Origin: Candidatus Latescibacterota bacterium
GTDB lineage: Bacteria; Latescibacterota; UBA2968
Reading direction: 5' to 3'
Length of the DNA stretch: 64,000 nt
NCBI GenBank assembly: GCA_965204745.1
Contig: OZ242010.1
Location: forward strand, 4,896,001-4,960,000
Every line of letters starts with the position of its first letter. Position 1 is the stretch's first letter. The notes under the pieces were generated by a model, which saw only the letters and a program-made list of their open reading frames with translations, had not been told where the DNA came from and ran no database searches. Shown piece by piece: positions 19,928-29,510 of the stretch. The position numbers and the translations under genes were made by a program.

Positions 19928-21517
19928 CTACTTCTTTTTTTCATAAAGTTTCATTCGATCTTCCACAATCGGATTGGTGTCGGTAAGTCGATAGAGAATG
20001 AAAACGGAATCGGCAAAGCAGGACTCAACGCGGCCCTGCTCTTTCCACTTTTTCAATTCTTCGCGCAAAGAGTGCCAGTGACGAGAGAAACCGAGAAACG
20101 CCAGATAGATTCTATCGGCATGCGAAGGCAAATTGTGTAACTCTTCAATACACTTCTCGTAATTTCCCCACACCCCACACCAGTTTCCGTAGTAGTAGTT
20201 TTCCCGTTTTTCGTAAAAAGTTATAGTAGGCCATGAGTCATTGGGAATATAAAGGATGTCGTCTGTTTGCACCTGTTCTTTTATCGCGGTGAGAAAGGGC
20301 TCGATTTTTGTGGGCTTCCGATATAAAACATTTCCGGCTGTGAATATATATGTATATGTATATATACCGATGACCGCAATCAACCACGTCCGTCGCATGA
20401 GTGAAGGCAGATTGATGGCTATGGAATGGAGCGCGTGACCGAACGCCACGAAAATGATAGGCGACAGGTACGTCAAGTGACGACCACCGCCGAAGGGATA
20501 GATGCACGACACAGCGGCGAATATTGCGATTGCGTATGAAAACGCGAACAAAAGCGGAATCGCACTGAAGCGAAATCCCTTGAAGACAGCGCGCAAAAGC
20601 GTTGTCCCCACTGCGACGAGAGATATTATTGCGACTGTTTCAGGCAAAAAATGAGTCAGGAAACGCCATGTTCGAGTGCATGCAAACTCGAGGATCGCAC
20701 CAACATCGCGGTAGCTTCCTCGGTAGTAATTGTGTCTCAAGTAACCCATGATCCTGTCCAGTTCATCCAAATGGATCCGCACGGTGACTACATAGCTTAT
20801 GGCACATGCCGCAAGGAAGAACGCGCCCGGCCAAACAAGGTCTTTACACAGTCCCTTATAGTTCGTTTGCAACCCGCCTTTCTCTTGCAATAAGCCAATC
20901 CGCTTGACTGCGGCAGTTGCTAGGACCGCGAAACAAAAAAGAACCAAGCCATACTGGAGTAGCGGGGCAATGAACAAGGATGTGCAAAGCAGTCCTTTCT
21001 TTTTATCTCGCAAATACGACAGCAGGCCGATTATCAGGAGTACGCCCACAAATGCGTCAACAGAATATACTTGCGCACCCCGAGCTTCCGATATAGCCCC
21101 AGGAGAAACAGCCGCCATAAGGCCAGATAAAAAGGCCACCATGCGGCTGACACCGACACGCGGCAACAACAGAAGCAGTGCCGCAACAGTGAGAACACCC
21201 GCAACCGCAGGCACGAGGCGAACACTCAGCGGCGAGCTTTCCACTTTCAGTACAGCGTACACAACAATGGGGTAAAGTATCGGTCTAATGTCGTGGCGAT
21301 TTGAGATGACTTCTAAAAACGTGCCGCTCGAAAAATGGGCTCTCACCGCTTCGTCATACCAAATATAGTCTTCCGGCAGTTTATAGAAGCGCAATAACGC
21401 GGCGACAATCACCAAAATTATGCAAACCACAGAGTACAAATTGCCTCCCATAACAAGGCGGTCGCCCCATTTGGCAAAGATCGCTTTCAACTCAGGCATT
21501 GATATTCTCCTGTTCAT
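19928..21517 (-). CDS. Polytopic membrane glycosyltransferase (GT-C, PMT/ArnT-like)
   Basis: LLRFY.L....WYDEA after the first TM helix, P.LY, R.VP, many hydrophobic segments. Confidence 0.65.
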   Translation of the reverse strand: MNRRISMPELKAIFAKWGDRLVMGGNLYSVVCIILVIVAALLRFYKLPEDYIWYDEAVRAHFSSGTFLEVISNRHDIRPILYPIVVYAVLKVESSPLSVRLVPAVAGVLTVAALLLLLPRVGVSRMVAFLSGLMAAVSPGAISEARGAQVYSVDAFVGVLLIIGLLSYLRDKKKGLLCTSLFIAPLLQYGLVLFCFAVLATAAVKRIGLLQEKGGLQTNYKGLCKDLVWPGAFFLAACAISYVVTVRIHLDELDRIMGYLRHNYYRGSYRDVGAILEFACTRTWRFLTHFLPETVAIISLVAVGTTLLRAVFKGFRFSAIPLLFAFSYAIAIFAAVSCIYPFGGGRHLTYLSPIIFVAFGHALHSIAINLPSLMRRTWLIAVIGIYTYTYIFTAGNVLYRKPTKIEPFLTAIKEQVQTDDILYIPNDSWPTITFYEKRENYYYGNWCGVWGNYEKCIEELHNLPSHADRIYLAFLGFSRHWHSLREELKKWKEQGRVESCFADSVFILYRLTDTNPIVEDRMKLYEKKK

Positions 21518-21565
21518 CTGTGGGTTTGGCGGTCATTGCAGTATCTCATTTTGACCAAACAACAA

Positions 21566-22513
21566 TCAGAGCGATATTCGCGCAAAGTAGGGATAGTACT
21601 GATAAAATTCTTCATATTGCCTCAATTTCTTAAGATGTCCTGAATCTGAATTATCAATTCTATATCCCAAAGCGCGTGCAAGAGAGCGGCCCGTTTTCGC
21701 TTTTGTCGGTAGATACTTTTCAAGATGCAATCTTTCTTTGGCACTCAAGGTAGGGACGTCGATTTTACGAGGTGCCTTCCAGTCTAAGTTCCTAAATGCC
21801 CAATTTTTGAACCACTGTCGAACGTCCGATACTTGCTTCTTATTGCAAACCATACCCGTTAGGCTTAACATTTCGGTCTGGTCGTTGTAATGCGATGAAT
21901 CTAAAAGTTGAAAGACACTTTTACCTGATGCAGGAAGAGCTTGTTGTGACGCCATTTGGAACATGTCCTGCAATAATTCTACAAAAGGAGATGATCTCTC
22001 AATAGCTGTTTGTGGTACTGAGTCTGGCAATATTTGTTCGTATTCTAGTAGGAAATTTTCCCACGCAGAGAGTCCATTTGGGGGCGGTTCCGACAGTTCT
22101 GCTCGGACGGTAATTTTGACGACGCTATTTTCCGATACCTTTTCTAGAATGCTCCTGAACTCGTCGAAATGTCCAAGTCTCAGATTTGTATAATCAAGCC
22201 AAAAAATTTCCTTTCCATCACTTGAGAAGTCCGCGAGAAAACTAGCAAAATCTGTCCGTTTCAGGTCCAAATTCTTTGAGAACCGATGGAACTCTTGTCT
22301 TTTGAAAGTGTGCTCGTTTTTTTCAATAGAGACGATCTTGATTTCTGGACAACGATTGTGAATCAACCGACAATCTTCTAAAAAAGGCCCACCAAATCCA
22401 TAGTAGGTATAATCAGATATGTCACAATACCTTTCGAGTATGTCGATAATTTCGACCAGAAGAAACCTATCAATCGCTTTGTTCACTCTCAGGTGATAAG
22501 GAGGGTGTCTCAT
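21566..22513 (-). CDS. Putative SAM-dependent (O-)methyltransferase of unknown substrate
   Basis: PYHLR.NKAIDR N-terminus; YYGFGGP..ED (motif I-like), VSIE (motif II-like), FWLDY (motif IV-like); ATGA-coupled to the ATPase. Confidence 0.65.
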   Translation of the reverse strand: MRHPPYHLRVNKAIDRFLLVEIIDILERYCDISDYTYYGFGGPFLEDCRLIHNRCPEIKIVSIEKNEHTFKRQEFHRFSKNLDLKRTDFASFLADFSSDGKEIFWLDYTNLRLGHFDEFRSILEKVSENSVVKITVRAELSEPPPNGLSAWENFLLEYEQILPDSVPQTAIERSSPFVELLQDMFQMASQQALPASGKSVFQLLDSSHYNDQTEMLSLTGMVCNKKQVSDVRQWFKNWAFRNLDWKAPRKIDVPTLSAKERLHLEKYLPTKAKTGRSLARALGYRIDNSDSGHLKKLRQYEEFYQYYPYFARISL

Positions 22514-23919
22514 TGCTGGGCCTCCCTCAACATCTGATCAAAGCATTCCTCGCCGACTTGAGACGGTCTAACTTTCTCGTCATCAAAAAGATACTCTTGG
22601 ACCATCTGAATGTCTTCTGCGTCTTTGGTATAGGATATTCGTTCCTTTGTCGACGGTTCCGGTTTGGGCAACGGGAGTTTCGGCTTGAATTGCTTCCCTC
22701 GCAACCCTGACTTAACGGCGTTTAGCCGTAAATTTTCAGACTCTGTTTTTATTTCATCTAAAGTATATGGTTTCCCTGAAGCTATGTGTTGTTGTGCTTC
22801 ATCCGCCTTTCTTTTCCACTTGTTCGTATAATTGGTAAATATAGCCATCCCTTCTCGCATCCTGTTTTTGACCTGTAGATAGAGGGACGAAGACGCATCT
22901 ATGCCCCTTTTGGTGGTCGTCGTGGGCAGTTTTGAGGCATCATTACTCCTAAACTCGACAATGCCAGCAATAGCAATAAACTGCGTGTGGTATCTCGGCA
23001 CACCGGCCTCGCCCCAGCCCGTAAGTTCTGTGCGATCACAGTATAAAACAGCGCGATCATTGCAAATTATGGTCCAACCCGCATCCAGTGAAGAATATCG
23101 CTTTTCCTCTTGCTCATCATTTACTTCCTCTTGAGAGGGTATGGGCCTCGTAAATCCCACAGTTAAGAAAACGCTAACGCCATCAATCTCTGTTTGATAA
23201 ATATATGGCCTGATTGCAGTATCCGTTCCTTTTTCATTGCTGGATTCAACAAAAACCAACTTGGCCGGTTTGGGGATAACCCGTTGCTTATTCACTTCAA
23301 CTTGGAATCCCTTATCGAGGATAAAAGCGTAATGCGTCCGAATTTTCTGGATTAATTCACGGGTAAAATTTTTCCGATCCTCACCAAAGAGTGTTCCAAT
23401 GCCCTCATTCAATTCACCGATGGCAATAGTCGTTCTATCTTCTGTCTCGCGTTGAGACGATTCAGATACAGGCAGACGCCAGTCATCCGGATCCGCTATC
23501 CATTCTGGCGTTATCTCAACATCATAACAGTCGCCTTTATTTTGGGTCGATATTAAGCAGTGTTTGCCAATCTTAAAAATGGCTCTTTTCATGCCTATGC
23601 CATAAACCCCGACTGTTGGCAAATTATCGTCTCTATTCTGGTCGTCTTTCCCCATTCGGAAAGCATAGTTGTGAAGGTCCCAGGGAATACCACCGCAGTT
23701 ATCCGAAATAGAAAATGAATTTTTGTCAAATGCGATTTCAGCCTTAAAACCCTCATAAGGTTTTTCACCCGAACGGGTTTTCTTTTCGCGCAAAATCCCA
23801 TCGACGCAGTTGTCCAGCAAATCCAGAATTGCATCGACCAATTCGATGTCTCTGGTCAACATTTCAACAAAAAACGATTTGACGGGCGTGGCATCAACCT
23901 TCCCGTACTTGTTTGCCAT
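22510..23919 (-). CDS. GHKL/MORC-like ATPase
   Basis: AILDLLDNCVDG (N box), SDNCGGI (G1), GVYGIGMKRA (G2); no nuclease motif seen. Confidence 0.85.
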   Translation of the reverse strand: MANKYGKVDATPVKSFFVEMLTRDIELVDAILDLLDNCVDGILREKKTRSGEKPYEGFKAEIAFDKNSFSISDNCGGIPWDLHNYAFRMGKDDQNRDDNLPTVGVYGIGMKRAIFKIGKHCLISTQNKGDCYDVEITPEWIADPDDWRLPVSESSQRETEDRTTIAIGELNEGIGTLFGEDRKNFTRELIQKIRTHYAFILDKGFQVEVNKQRVIPKPAKLVFVESSNEKGTDTAIRPYIYQTEIDGVSVFLTVGFTRPIPSQEEVNDEQEEKRYSSLDAGWTIICNDRAVLYCDRTELTGWGEAGVPRYHTQFIAIAGIVEFRSNDASKLPTTTTKRGIDASSSLYLQVKNRMREGMAIFTNYTNKWKRKADEAQQHIASGKPYTLDEIKTESENLRLNAVKSGLRGKQFKPKLPLPKPEPSTKERISYTKDAEDIQMVQEYLFDDEKVRPSQVGEECFDQMLREAQQ

Positions 23920-23931
23920 CTCGGGCCTCCT

Positions 23932-25050
23932 TTAGCATGCTTTTTTGACGACGCGCAAGATATGTTCTGCAAGAATGGGGCTGACGCTATTTCCTATTTG
24001 CCTGAAGCTGTGCCACTTTGTGGGGTGGAATTGAAACCAATCCGGAAAGCCTTGTAGCCTTGCCGCTTCTCGGGGGGTTATGACGCGGTTCTCCGTGGGA
24101 TGCAAGGGGCGAACCGCTTGATAACTGCCCTTGTCGCTACCGGTACCGGCCCTTAGCGTTCGGCAGAACCCATTGGATTCCAAGCGGTAGCTTTTTGAAA
24201 TCCGATCAACGCCTCCCGGCTCAATTTTAGCGTACCTGTCCGCCACTGCTTTGGTATGGCGCGTTCCGAGACATCCCGATACTTCGCTCTTTTCTTTTAA
24301 GCGTACAATTGCTTCTTTGTGCCCAACCCCATCGGGAATATTGCCGTACAAATTCCTCCCAAAAACGCCTTCCGTTGCTTTTTCTATCTTTCTCCATCCG
24401 TCCTCTTCCCGAAGCCAAAAGGGGTCTATCTTTTTTGGTAGCCCTTTCAAAGCGTCTTTCACATAGACGGGTTTCGCATTTTTGGGTACAAATTCCGTGG
24501 GGCGAATCGGGTTTATCTGGTCTGATAAGTATCCGAAAAAAAATACTCTTTCGCGCGTCGTGGGAACGCCGAATTGTTTGGCAATCAGTTTTATAGGTGG
24601 CAAAATTTCGTATTTACGCGCTACCTTAGAGAGGGCCTGTTCGACAATTTGAGCGTTCTTTTTGCTTAAAATTCCCGGTACATTCTCAGCGAGAAAGAAT
24701 TTTGGGGCCGCATCATTGACGATTTCAAAAAAGTGAATAAACAGTTGATTGCGCGGGTCATCTGTATCTCTATGACCGATATGGCTAAAGCCCTGGCAAG
24801 GAGGGCCGCCAATGATGCCATCAACCTCGCCTACTTTGAGGCCGAATGCTCGCACCAGTTCAGTTCCCGAGATGGTGGAGATGTCTTGCACCCAAAGCGG
24901 CGATTCTGGGAAGTTTTGCTCGTGGACTGAAACCGCCTGTGGATCGATCTCTACTGATCCCGCTAGATCGAATCCGGCCCGTTTCGCACCCAAGCCGAAC
25001 CCGCCAGCACCGCTGAATAGATCGATTATTTTTAAGCGTCTTTTCGTCAT
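23932..25050 (-). CDS. DNA (cytosine-5)-methyltransferase
   Basis: DLFSGAGG, GGPPCQGFS, ENVPG, R.RVF, REAARLQGFPD, QIGNSV. Confidence 0.96.
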   Translation of the reverse strand: MTKRRLKIIDLFSGAGGFGLGAKRAGFDLAGSVEIDPQAVSVHEQNFPESPLWVQDISTISGTELVRAFGLKVGEVDGIIGGPPCQGFSHIGHRDTDDPRNQLFIHFFEIVNDAAPKFFLAENVPGILSKKNAQIVEQALSKVARKYEILPPIKLIAKQFGVPTTRERVFFFGYLSDQINPIRPTEFVPKNAKPVYVKDALKGLPKKIDPFWLREEDGWRKIEKATEGVFGRNLYGNIPDGVGHKEAIVRLKEKSEVSGCLGTRHTKAVADRYAKIEPGGVDRISKSYRLESNGFCRTLRAGTGSDKGSYQAVRPLHPTENRVITPREAARLQGFPDWFQFHPTKWHSFRQIGNSVSPILAEHILRVVKKAC

Positions 25051-25088
25051 CTCGGCTAACCCCGTTTGATAGAACGATTATCGGTTTT

Positions 25089-25286
25089 CTATGTACGATC
25101 TTTTGAAGATGTGCCAGACGACTTCCGCTCAACGGGAGTCTCCGTCATCCCAACGGAAATCTCCGCCATTTTTTTGATTTTTGCTTGCACCTCGGGATTG
25201 GCGAGCAATTCCTCTGCTTTGACATACACGCCACCCCTTGAGGTCACGTATATTTTAGGCCGTCTTTCTGGCGTGTTCTTGGCCAT
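25089..25286 (-). CDS. Small hypothetical protein (65 aa), paralog A
   Basis: AGGAGG RBS; MAKNT...KIYVTSRGGVYVKAEELLANP; paralog at 29216-29392. Confidence 0.7.
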   Translation of the reverse strand: MAKNTPERRPKIYVTSRGGVYVKAEELLANPEVQAKIKKMAEISVGMTETPVERKSSGTSSKDRT

Positions 25287-25362
25287 GGTGCATCCTCCTG
25301 ATAAATGCGGATTGAGGAGAGAGTTGGTTGATCGAGACAAAAAATGGTTTTTGATCGGCTTG

Positions 25363-28300
25363 TCAATATCGCTTTCTGGCCGTGCGATAGACCCGCTTGA
25401 GCAAGGCGTCTATAATGAGATCGCGCTGGGCTTTGTTGGACATGAAGTCGTCGATGATCTTTTGGTTTCGTCCTTGCCGCCGCGCAAAGGCCCGCATCAC
25501 TTCTGGCTTAGAAACCTGCTTAAACCGCTCAATGGGGTTGGCCTTGGCCTGTTCGGCGAGGCTCTGGCTCTGTGCCATGTCGCCCGATATTTGGTCAAGT
25601 AGCAATTTGTCCTCATCGGTCCAATGCGTGCCAAACCGCTCGTTGATGGTTTCGATAATGGTCGATAGGGGCGCGGTGTGGTCGTCTTTGGGTTTTGCCG
25701 TGCCCACGTCGCCCACGCCATAGACCGGCTCTGTTTCGGATGCCGCCAATGCCCCACTGCCCGCAAAGGTCTTTTCATTGCGGTAGTGCGAGAGTTCGAC
25801 TTCGTCGGCGAGTTCCAACATGCCATCCCCCGGGCGGCGCGGCAACTTGGCGAGCAGGTGCCGCCCATAGGCATAGAGTTTTTCCAGCCCCGGATCTTGC
25901 CAAGTGATGATTTGGCTCAAAAAGCCATACAGACGCACAAAGCTGTGCAGGGTGCTTTTGAATCCCTCGCCTTCTTCGGTGTATGCGTCTCTGTCCGAGT
26001 TGCGTATGCCGTAGGATTGTTTGAAGCGTTCCACAGCGGGATCGATCCATTTGTTGAGTCGACCGTGGTCCTGACCGGTTTGAAGGGATTGGGGTTTGAA
26101 GTATATGCGCGCAAATTCGTCGATTTCCCCATCTCGCAACACGGCCGCGCTTTTCAGTTTTGCGTCCAAGGTGTAGAGGTGGTTGGGATCCGTGGGTTCG
26201 TAGATTTCCGTCTGTTCGCAATACGGTTTGAACGCATCTTTGATTTCGTCGATTTCGTTGACAAAATCGAGCACAAAGGTATCGACTTTTCCCTCTGTCG
26301 TGCGGTTGAGGCGCGACAGGGTTTGCACGGCTTTCAGGTCCGACAGCCGCTTATCGACGAACATGGTGTGCAAAAGCGGTTGATCAAATCCGGTCTGGTA
26401 CTTTTCTGCGACGATCAAGATCTGATATTCGGGAGTGGCAAAACGGCCGGGCAGTTCGCGCTCGCCAATGCCGTTCATCCCGGCTTCTGTGTGATGCACG
26501 CCCGCCACGTCCGGATCCGCAACGCTGCCGGAAAATGCCACCAGTGTTTTGAGGTCCGCGTATCCTTTTTCGGCGATGGATTTGTCAAAAGCCCGTTTGT
26601 AGCGCACCGCGTGGAGGCGTGAGGACGTGACGAGCATGGCCTTGGCTTTGCCGTTGATCTTCCGACGGGTAAAGGCGCGAAAGTGCTCGACCATGAGTTC
26701 CGTTTTTTGCGCGAGGTTGTGGGGATGCAGGCTCAGGAACCGCGCAATGGCCTTTTTCGCCTTGCGTTCATCCACTTCGGGATCGTCTTCAATGGCTTTG
26801 GACAATTTGTAGTACGTTTTGTACGTGGTGTAGTGCGCGAGCACATCGTGGATAAAGCGTTCCTCAATGGCTTGGCGCATGGCGTAGAGATGGAACGGTT
26901 GCGGATTGCCCGCCGCATCTCGCACCCCGAACATTTCGAGGGTTCGGTGTTTTGGCGTTGCGGTGAACGCATAGAAACTGATGTTGGGTTGTGGACCTCG
27001 GCGTCGGGCTTCGGCGAGAATCAGGTCTTCCATGTCCGGGAGATCATCGTCTTCTGATTCTGCTGCGCGTGTGCCGCCGAGTGCCTTGCGGAGGTTGCCC
27101 GCGCTTTGCCCGCCTTGGCTGCTGTGGGCTTCATCGACGATCACGGCAAAATTTCTGTGGGACAGATCGCGGACTTTGTCGAGCAAGAACGAGAATTTTT
27201 GCAGGGTCGTGATGATGATTTTCGTGCCCTTGTTGAGTTCATCGGCCAGATCGCGCGAATTGCGGTCTTCGTCGATTTTGGCAACCACGCCTTGCTTGTG
27301 CTCAATCTGATAGATGTTGTCCTGCAACTGCTTGTCCAAGTTGCGGCGGTCGGAAACGACGACCACCGAGTCGAAGATGGGACGGTCGGCCCGGTCGTGT
27401 GTGCTGGCGAGTTGATGGGCGAGCCAAGATATGGTGTTGGTTTTGCCCGATCCCGCGCTGTGCTGGATCAAGTAGTTGTGGCCCGCGCCTTTGGCCCGCG
27501 TGTCTGCGAGTAGGTCGCGGACCGCGGCGAGTTGGTGGTACCGAGGAAAGATGAGGGTTTCCGCGGTGGTGGTTTTGCCGCTGGCGACGTCCGTCGTTTT
27601 CTCGACTTGTAGGTGGATAAAGCGGTGGATGATGTCGAGCCAAGTGTCGCGTTGCCAGATTTCTTCCCACAAGTAGCCGGTTTTGTACCCGGTCTGATAA
27701 TGGTGATCGTCTGCATTGCCCTTGCCGCCGTCATTGCCCGCGTTGAAGGGCAGAAAGAAGGTTTTGTCACCTGCGAGGCGCGTGGTCATGTACGCTTCGT
27801 CTGTATCGACGGCAAAATGCACCAAAGCGCGTTTTTTGTGCTGGAGCAGGGGCGTTTTGGCAGTGGGCACGCGGTCTTTTTTGTACTGGTCGATAGCGTG
27901 CTCGGCGCGCTGACCCGTGAAGGCGTTTTTGAGTTCGATTGTGGCAATGGGCAGGCCGTTGAGAGACAAGAGCATGTCGATGACGCGGTTGCTGTCCAAG
28001 TCGTAACGCACCTGCCGCATCACAGTGAGGCGGTTCTGATCGTAGCGGCGTTCTGTGTCGGGATTCAAACGGGTCGGCGGGCGAAAATAGGCCAAGCGGA
28101 GATGTTGCCCCCGGTCGCGCACCCCATTGCGAACCACGTCGAGCAGACCGCGGGCATCGCATTCGGCGGCGATGCGTTTGACCACCGCATCTTCAACCGC
28201 GTTGCCATAAGCCACTTTGAGGGCGTCCAGTGCGTCGGCCTGCGTGGCTTTGAGAAAGGCGAGCGAGGTGTGCTCGTCCAAGCCCAATGCCGCATCGAAC

Positions 28301-28395
28301 TGCCCGCTGTCAGCCTTGACATACCCGGCCCGCTCGACCAACCACGCCTCAATCGCGGCCTCAAAATCTCTTTCCAATGTGGGTTTGGTGGTCAT
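25363..28395 (-). CDS. hsdR: Type I restriction enzyme R subunit
   Basis: IELKN nuclease motif, QHSAGSGKT, VDEAHSSQ, FTATPK, TGFDQP, QTLSRLNR. Confidence 0.96.
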   Translation of the reverse strand: MTTKPTLERDFEAAIEAWLVERAGYVKADSGQFDAALGLDEHTSLAFLKATQADALDALKVAYGNAVEDAVVKRIAAECDARGLLDVVRNGVRDRGQHLRLAYFRPPTRLNPDTERRYDQNRLTVMRQVRYDLDSNRVIDMLLSLNGLPIATIELKNAFTGQRAEHAIDQYKKDRVPTAKTPLLQHKKRALVHFAVDTDEAYMTTRLAGDKTFFLPFNAGNDGGKGNADDHHYQTGYKTGYLWEEIWQRDTWLDIIHRFIHLQVEKTTDVASGKTTTAETLIFPRYHQLAAVRDLLADTRAKGAGHNYLIQHSAGSGKTNTISWLAHQLASTHDRADRPIFDSVVVVSDRRNLDKQLQDNIYQIEHKQGVVAKIDEDRNSRDLADELNKGTKIIITTLQKFSFLLDKVRDLSHRNFAVIVDEAHSSQGGQSAGNLRKALGGTRAAESEDDDLPDMEDLILAEARRRGPQPNISFYAFTATPKHRTLEMFGVRDAAGNPQPFHLYAMRQAIEERFIHDVLAHYTTYKTYYKLSKAIEDDPEVDERKAKKAIARFLSLHPHNLAQKTELMVEHFRAFTRRKINGKAKAMLVTSSRLHAVRYKRAFDKSIAEKGYADLKTLVAFSGSVADPDVAGVHHTEAGMNGIGERELPGRFATPEYQILIVAEKYQTGFDQPLLHTMFVDKRLSDLKAVQTLSRLNRTTEGKVDTFVLDFVNEIDEIKDAFKPYCEQTEIYEPTDPNHLYTLDAKLKSAAVLRDGEIDEFARIYFKPQSLQTGQDHGRLNKWIDPAVERFKQSYGIRNSDRDAYTEEGEGFKSTLHSFVRLYGFLSQIITWQDPGLEKLYAYGRHLLAKLPRRPGDGMLELADEVELSHYRNEKTFAGSGALAASETEPVYGVGDVGTAKPKDDHTAPLSTIIETINERFGTHWTDEDKLLLDQISGDMAQSQSLAEQAKANPIERFKQVSKPEVMRAFARRQGRNQKIIDDFMSNKAQRDLIIDALLKRVYRTARKRY

Positions 28396-28422
28396 TGCGA
28401 TGCCTTAACCTACCTGTGATTT

Positions 28423-29106
28423 TTAGGGATTGTCTGACTTAAAGCGTGCATACACGTCAGGATCGAAAATGCGGGCGGTCACTATTTCGGACATAGGGAT
28501 TACAATTCGGAAATCCTCATAAACCAAAGAAGGTGACTCTTCAAGGGACTGCCAAAGCACAGGAGCATAATCAGTCGTGATTTCCAACTCGCGGGTATCC
28601 TCTTTTCGATAGCCACTTTTTAAGGGTAGGAGTGCGACATCAGACTCGCCATGCCTTGCGATTCCGCTCTCGAGAACGAAACCAATATAGGATTTTCCAC
28701 TTCTCAGCGAGAGTTCAACCAATTGTCCACTTTCGTTATTTTCCCTGATTAACAGTTCGATGAGATTACCACTTTCTCTTGCCGTTCGTCGCATTGCCTT
28801 TTCTTTGCCATAGAACAGATTGATTGCGAGCGGTAGTATGATCCCCAATAGAAAACTCAATACAACTGTACCAGAGTAATCGAATGGAACATAGGATTTC
28901 CATATTTCGCTGATACAAGAAAGATAGGGATTTGGCAGTAAAACAATTATCAAGTATGCACCGGCAAAAAGAAGGCAACCTGAGAAAGCAGACTTAAATA
29001 AGACATGGTAACCCGAATCCCGGAGCATGCCGTAGCGCGTATAGTACAGGTGCGTTAGAAACCAGTACCCACTGATAGTAGGAATAAAAAGTAATCCAAG
29101 GCCCAA
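28423..29106 (-). CDS. Hypothetical membrane protein (about 3 TM helices plus a small beta domain)
   Basis: Hydrophobic N-terminal half; VELSLRSGKSYIG; TTG start with GAGG RBS; AT-rich. Confidence 0.7.
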   Translation of the reverse strand: MGLGLLFIPTISGYWFLTHLYYTRYGMLRDSGYHVLFKSAFSGCLLFAGAYLIIVLLPNPYLSCISEIWKSYVPFDYSGTVVLSFLLGIILPLAINLFYGKEKAMRRTARESGNLIELLIRENNESGQLVELSLRSGKSYIGFVLESGIARHGESDVALLPLKSGYRKEDTRELEITTDYAPVLWQSLEESPSLVYEDFRIVIPMSEIVTARIFDPDVYARFKSDNP

Positions 29107-29215
29107 GGGAAATACCTCTTGATAGACTGATTAGCGGTTTTCTCCGATGTCGCTTTGTTGCGTCTTGCTTCAATGATATGTCTTCAGGTGGTTCATATCT
29201 ACATTTTTTAAGCAT

Positions 29216-29392
29216 TTATTTTTGATCTTTTTGAGACGTGTCAGACGACTTTGGCTCAACTGGAATCTTCGCCATTTTTGCGATTATCTCGCGCACCTTG
29301 GGATTGGCAAGCAATTCCTCTGCTTTGACATACTGACCGCCCCGTGGGGTTACGTATATCTTCAGTTTTTCTTCCGATGTGTTCTTAGCCAT
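29216..29392 (-). CDS. Small hypothetical protein (58 aa), paralog B
   Basis: Manual translation MAKNTSEEKLKIYVTPRGGQYVKAEELLANPKVREIIAKMAKIPVEPKSSDTSQKDQK; same leader/RBS as paralog A; below the ORF-track cutoff. Confidence 0.7.
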   Translation of the reverse strand: MAKNTSEEKLKIYVTPRGGQYVKAEELLANPKVREIIAKMAKIPVEPKSSDTSQKDQK

Positions 29393-29510
29393 GGTGCATC
29401 CTCCTGATAAATGTTGTCATTTCCACCGCGCCAGCTTTCGCGCTGACAGGCACTTGTTGAACAAGGTAGCCAAACATGCCCGCGCCCGCAAGCGAGTTGC
29501 TTTCATCTAC

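Noticed and set aside
28994-29215. 73-aa ORF following micro-gene B
   Set aside because: Overlaps the better-supported membrane protein gene in another frame; no motif
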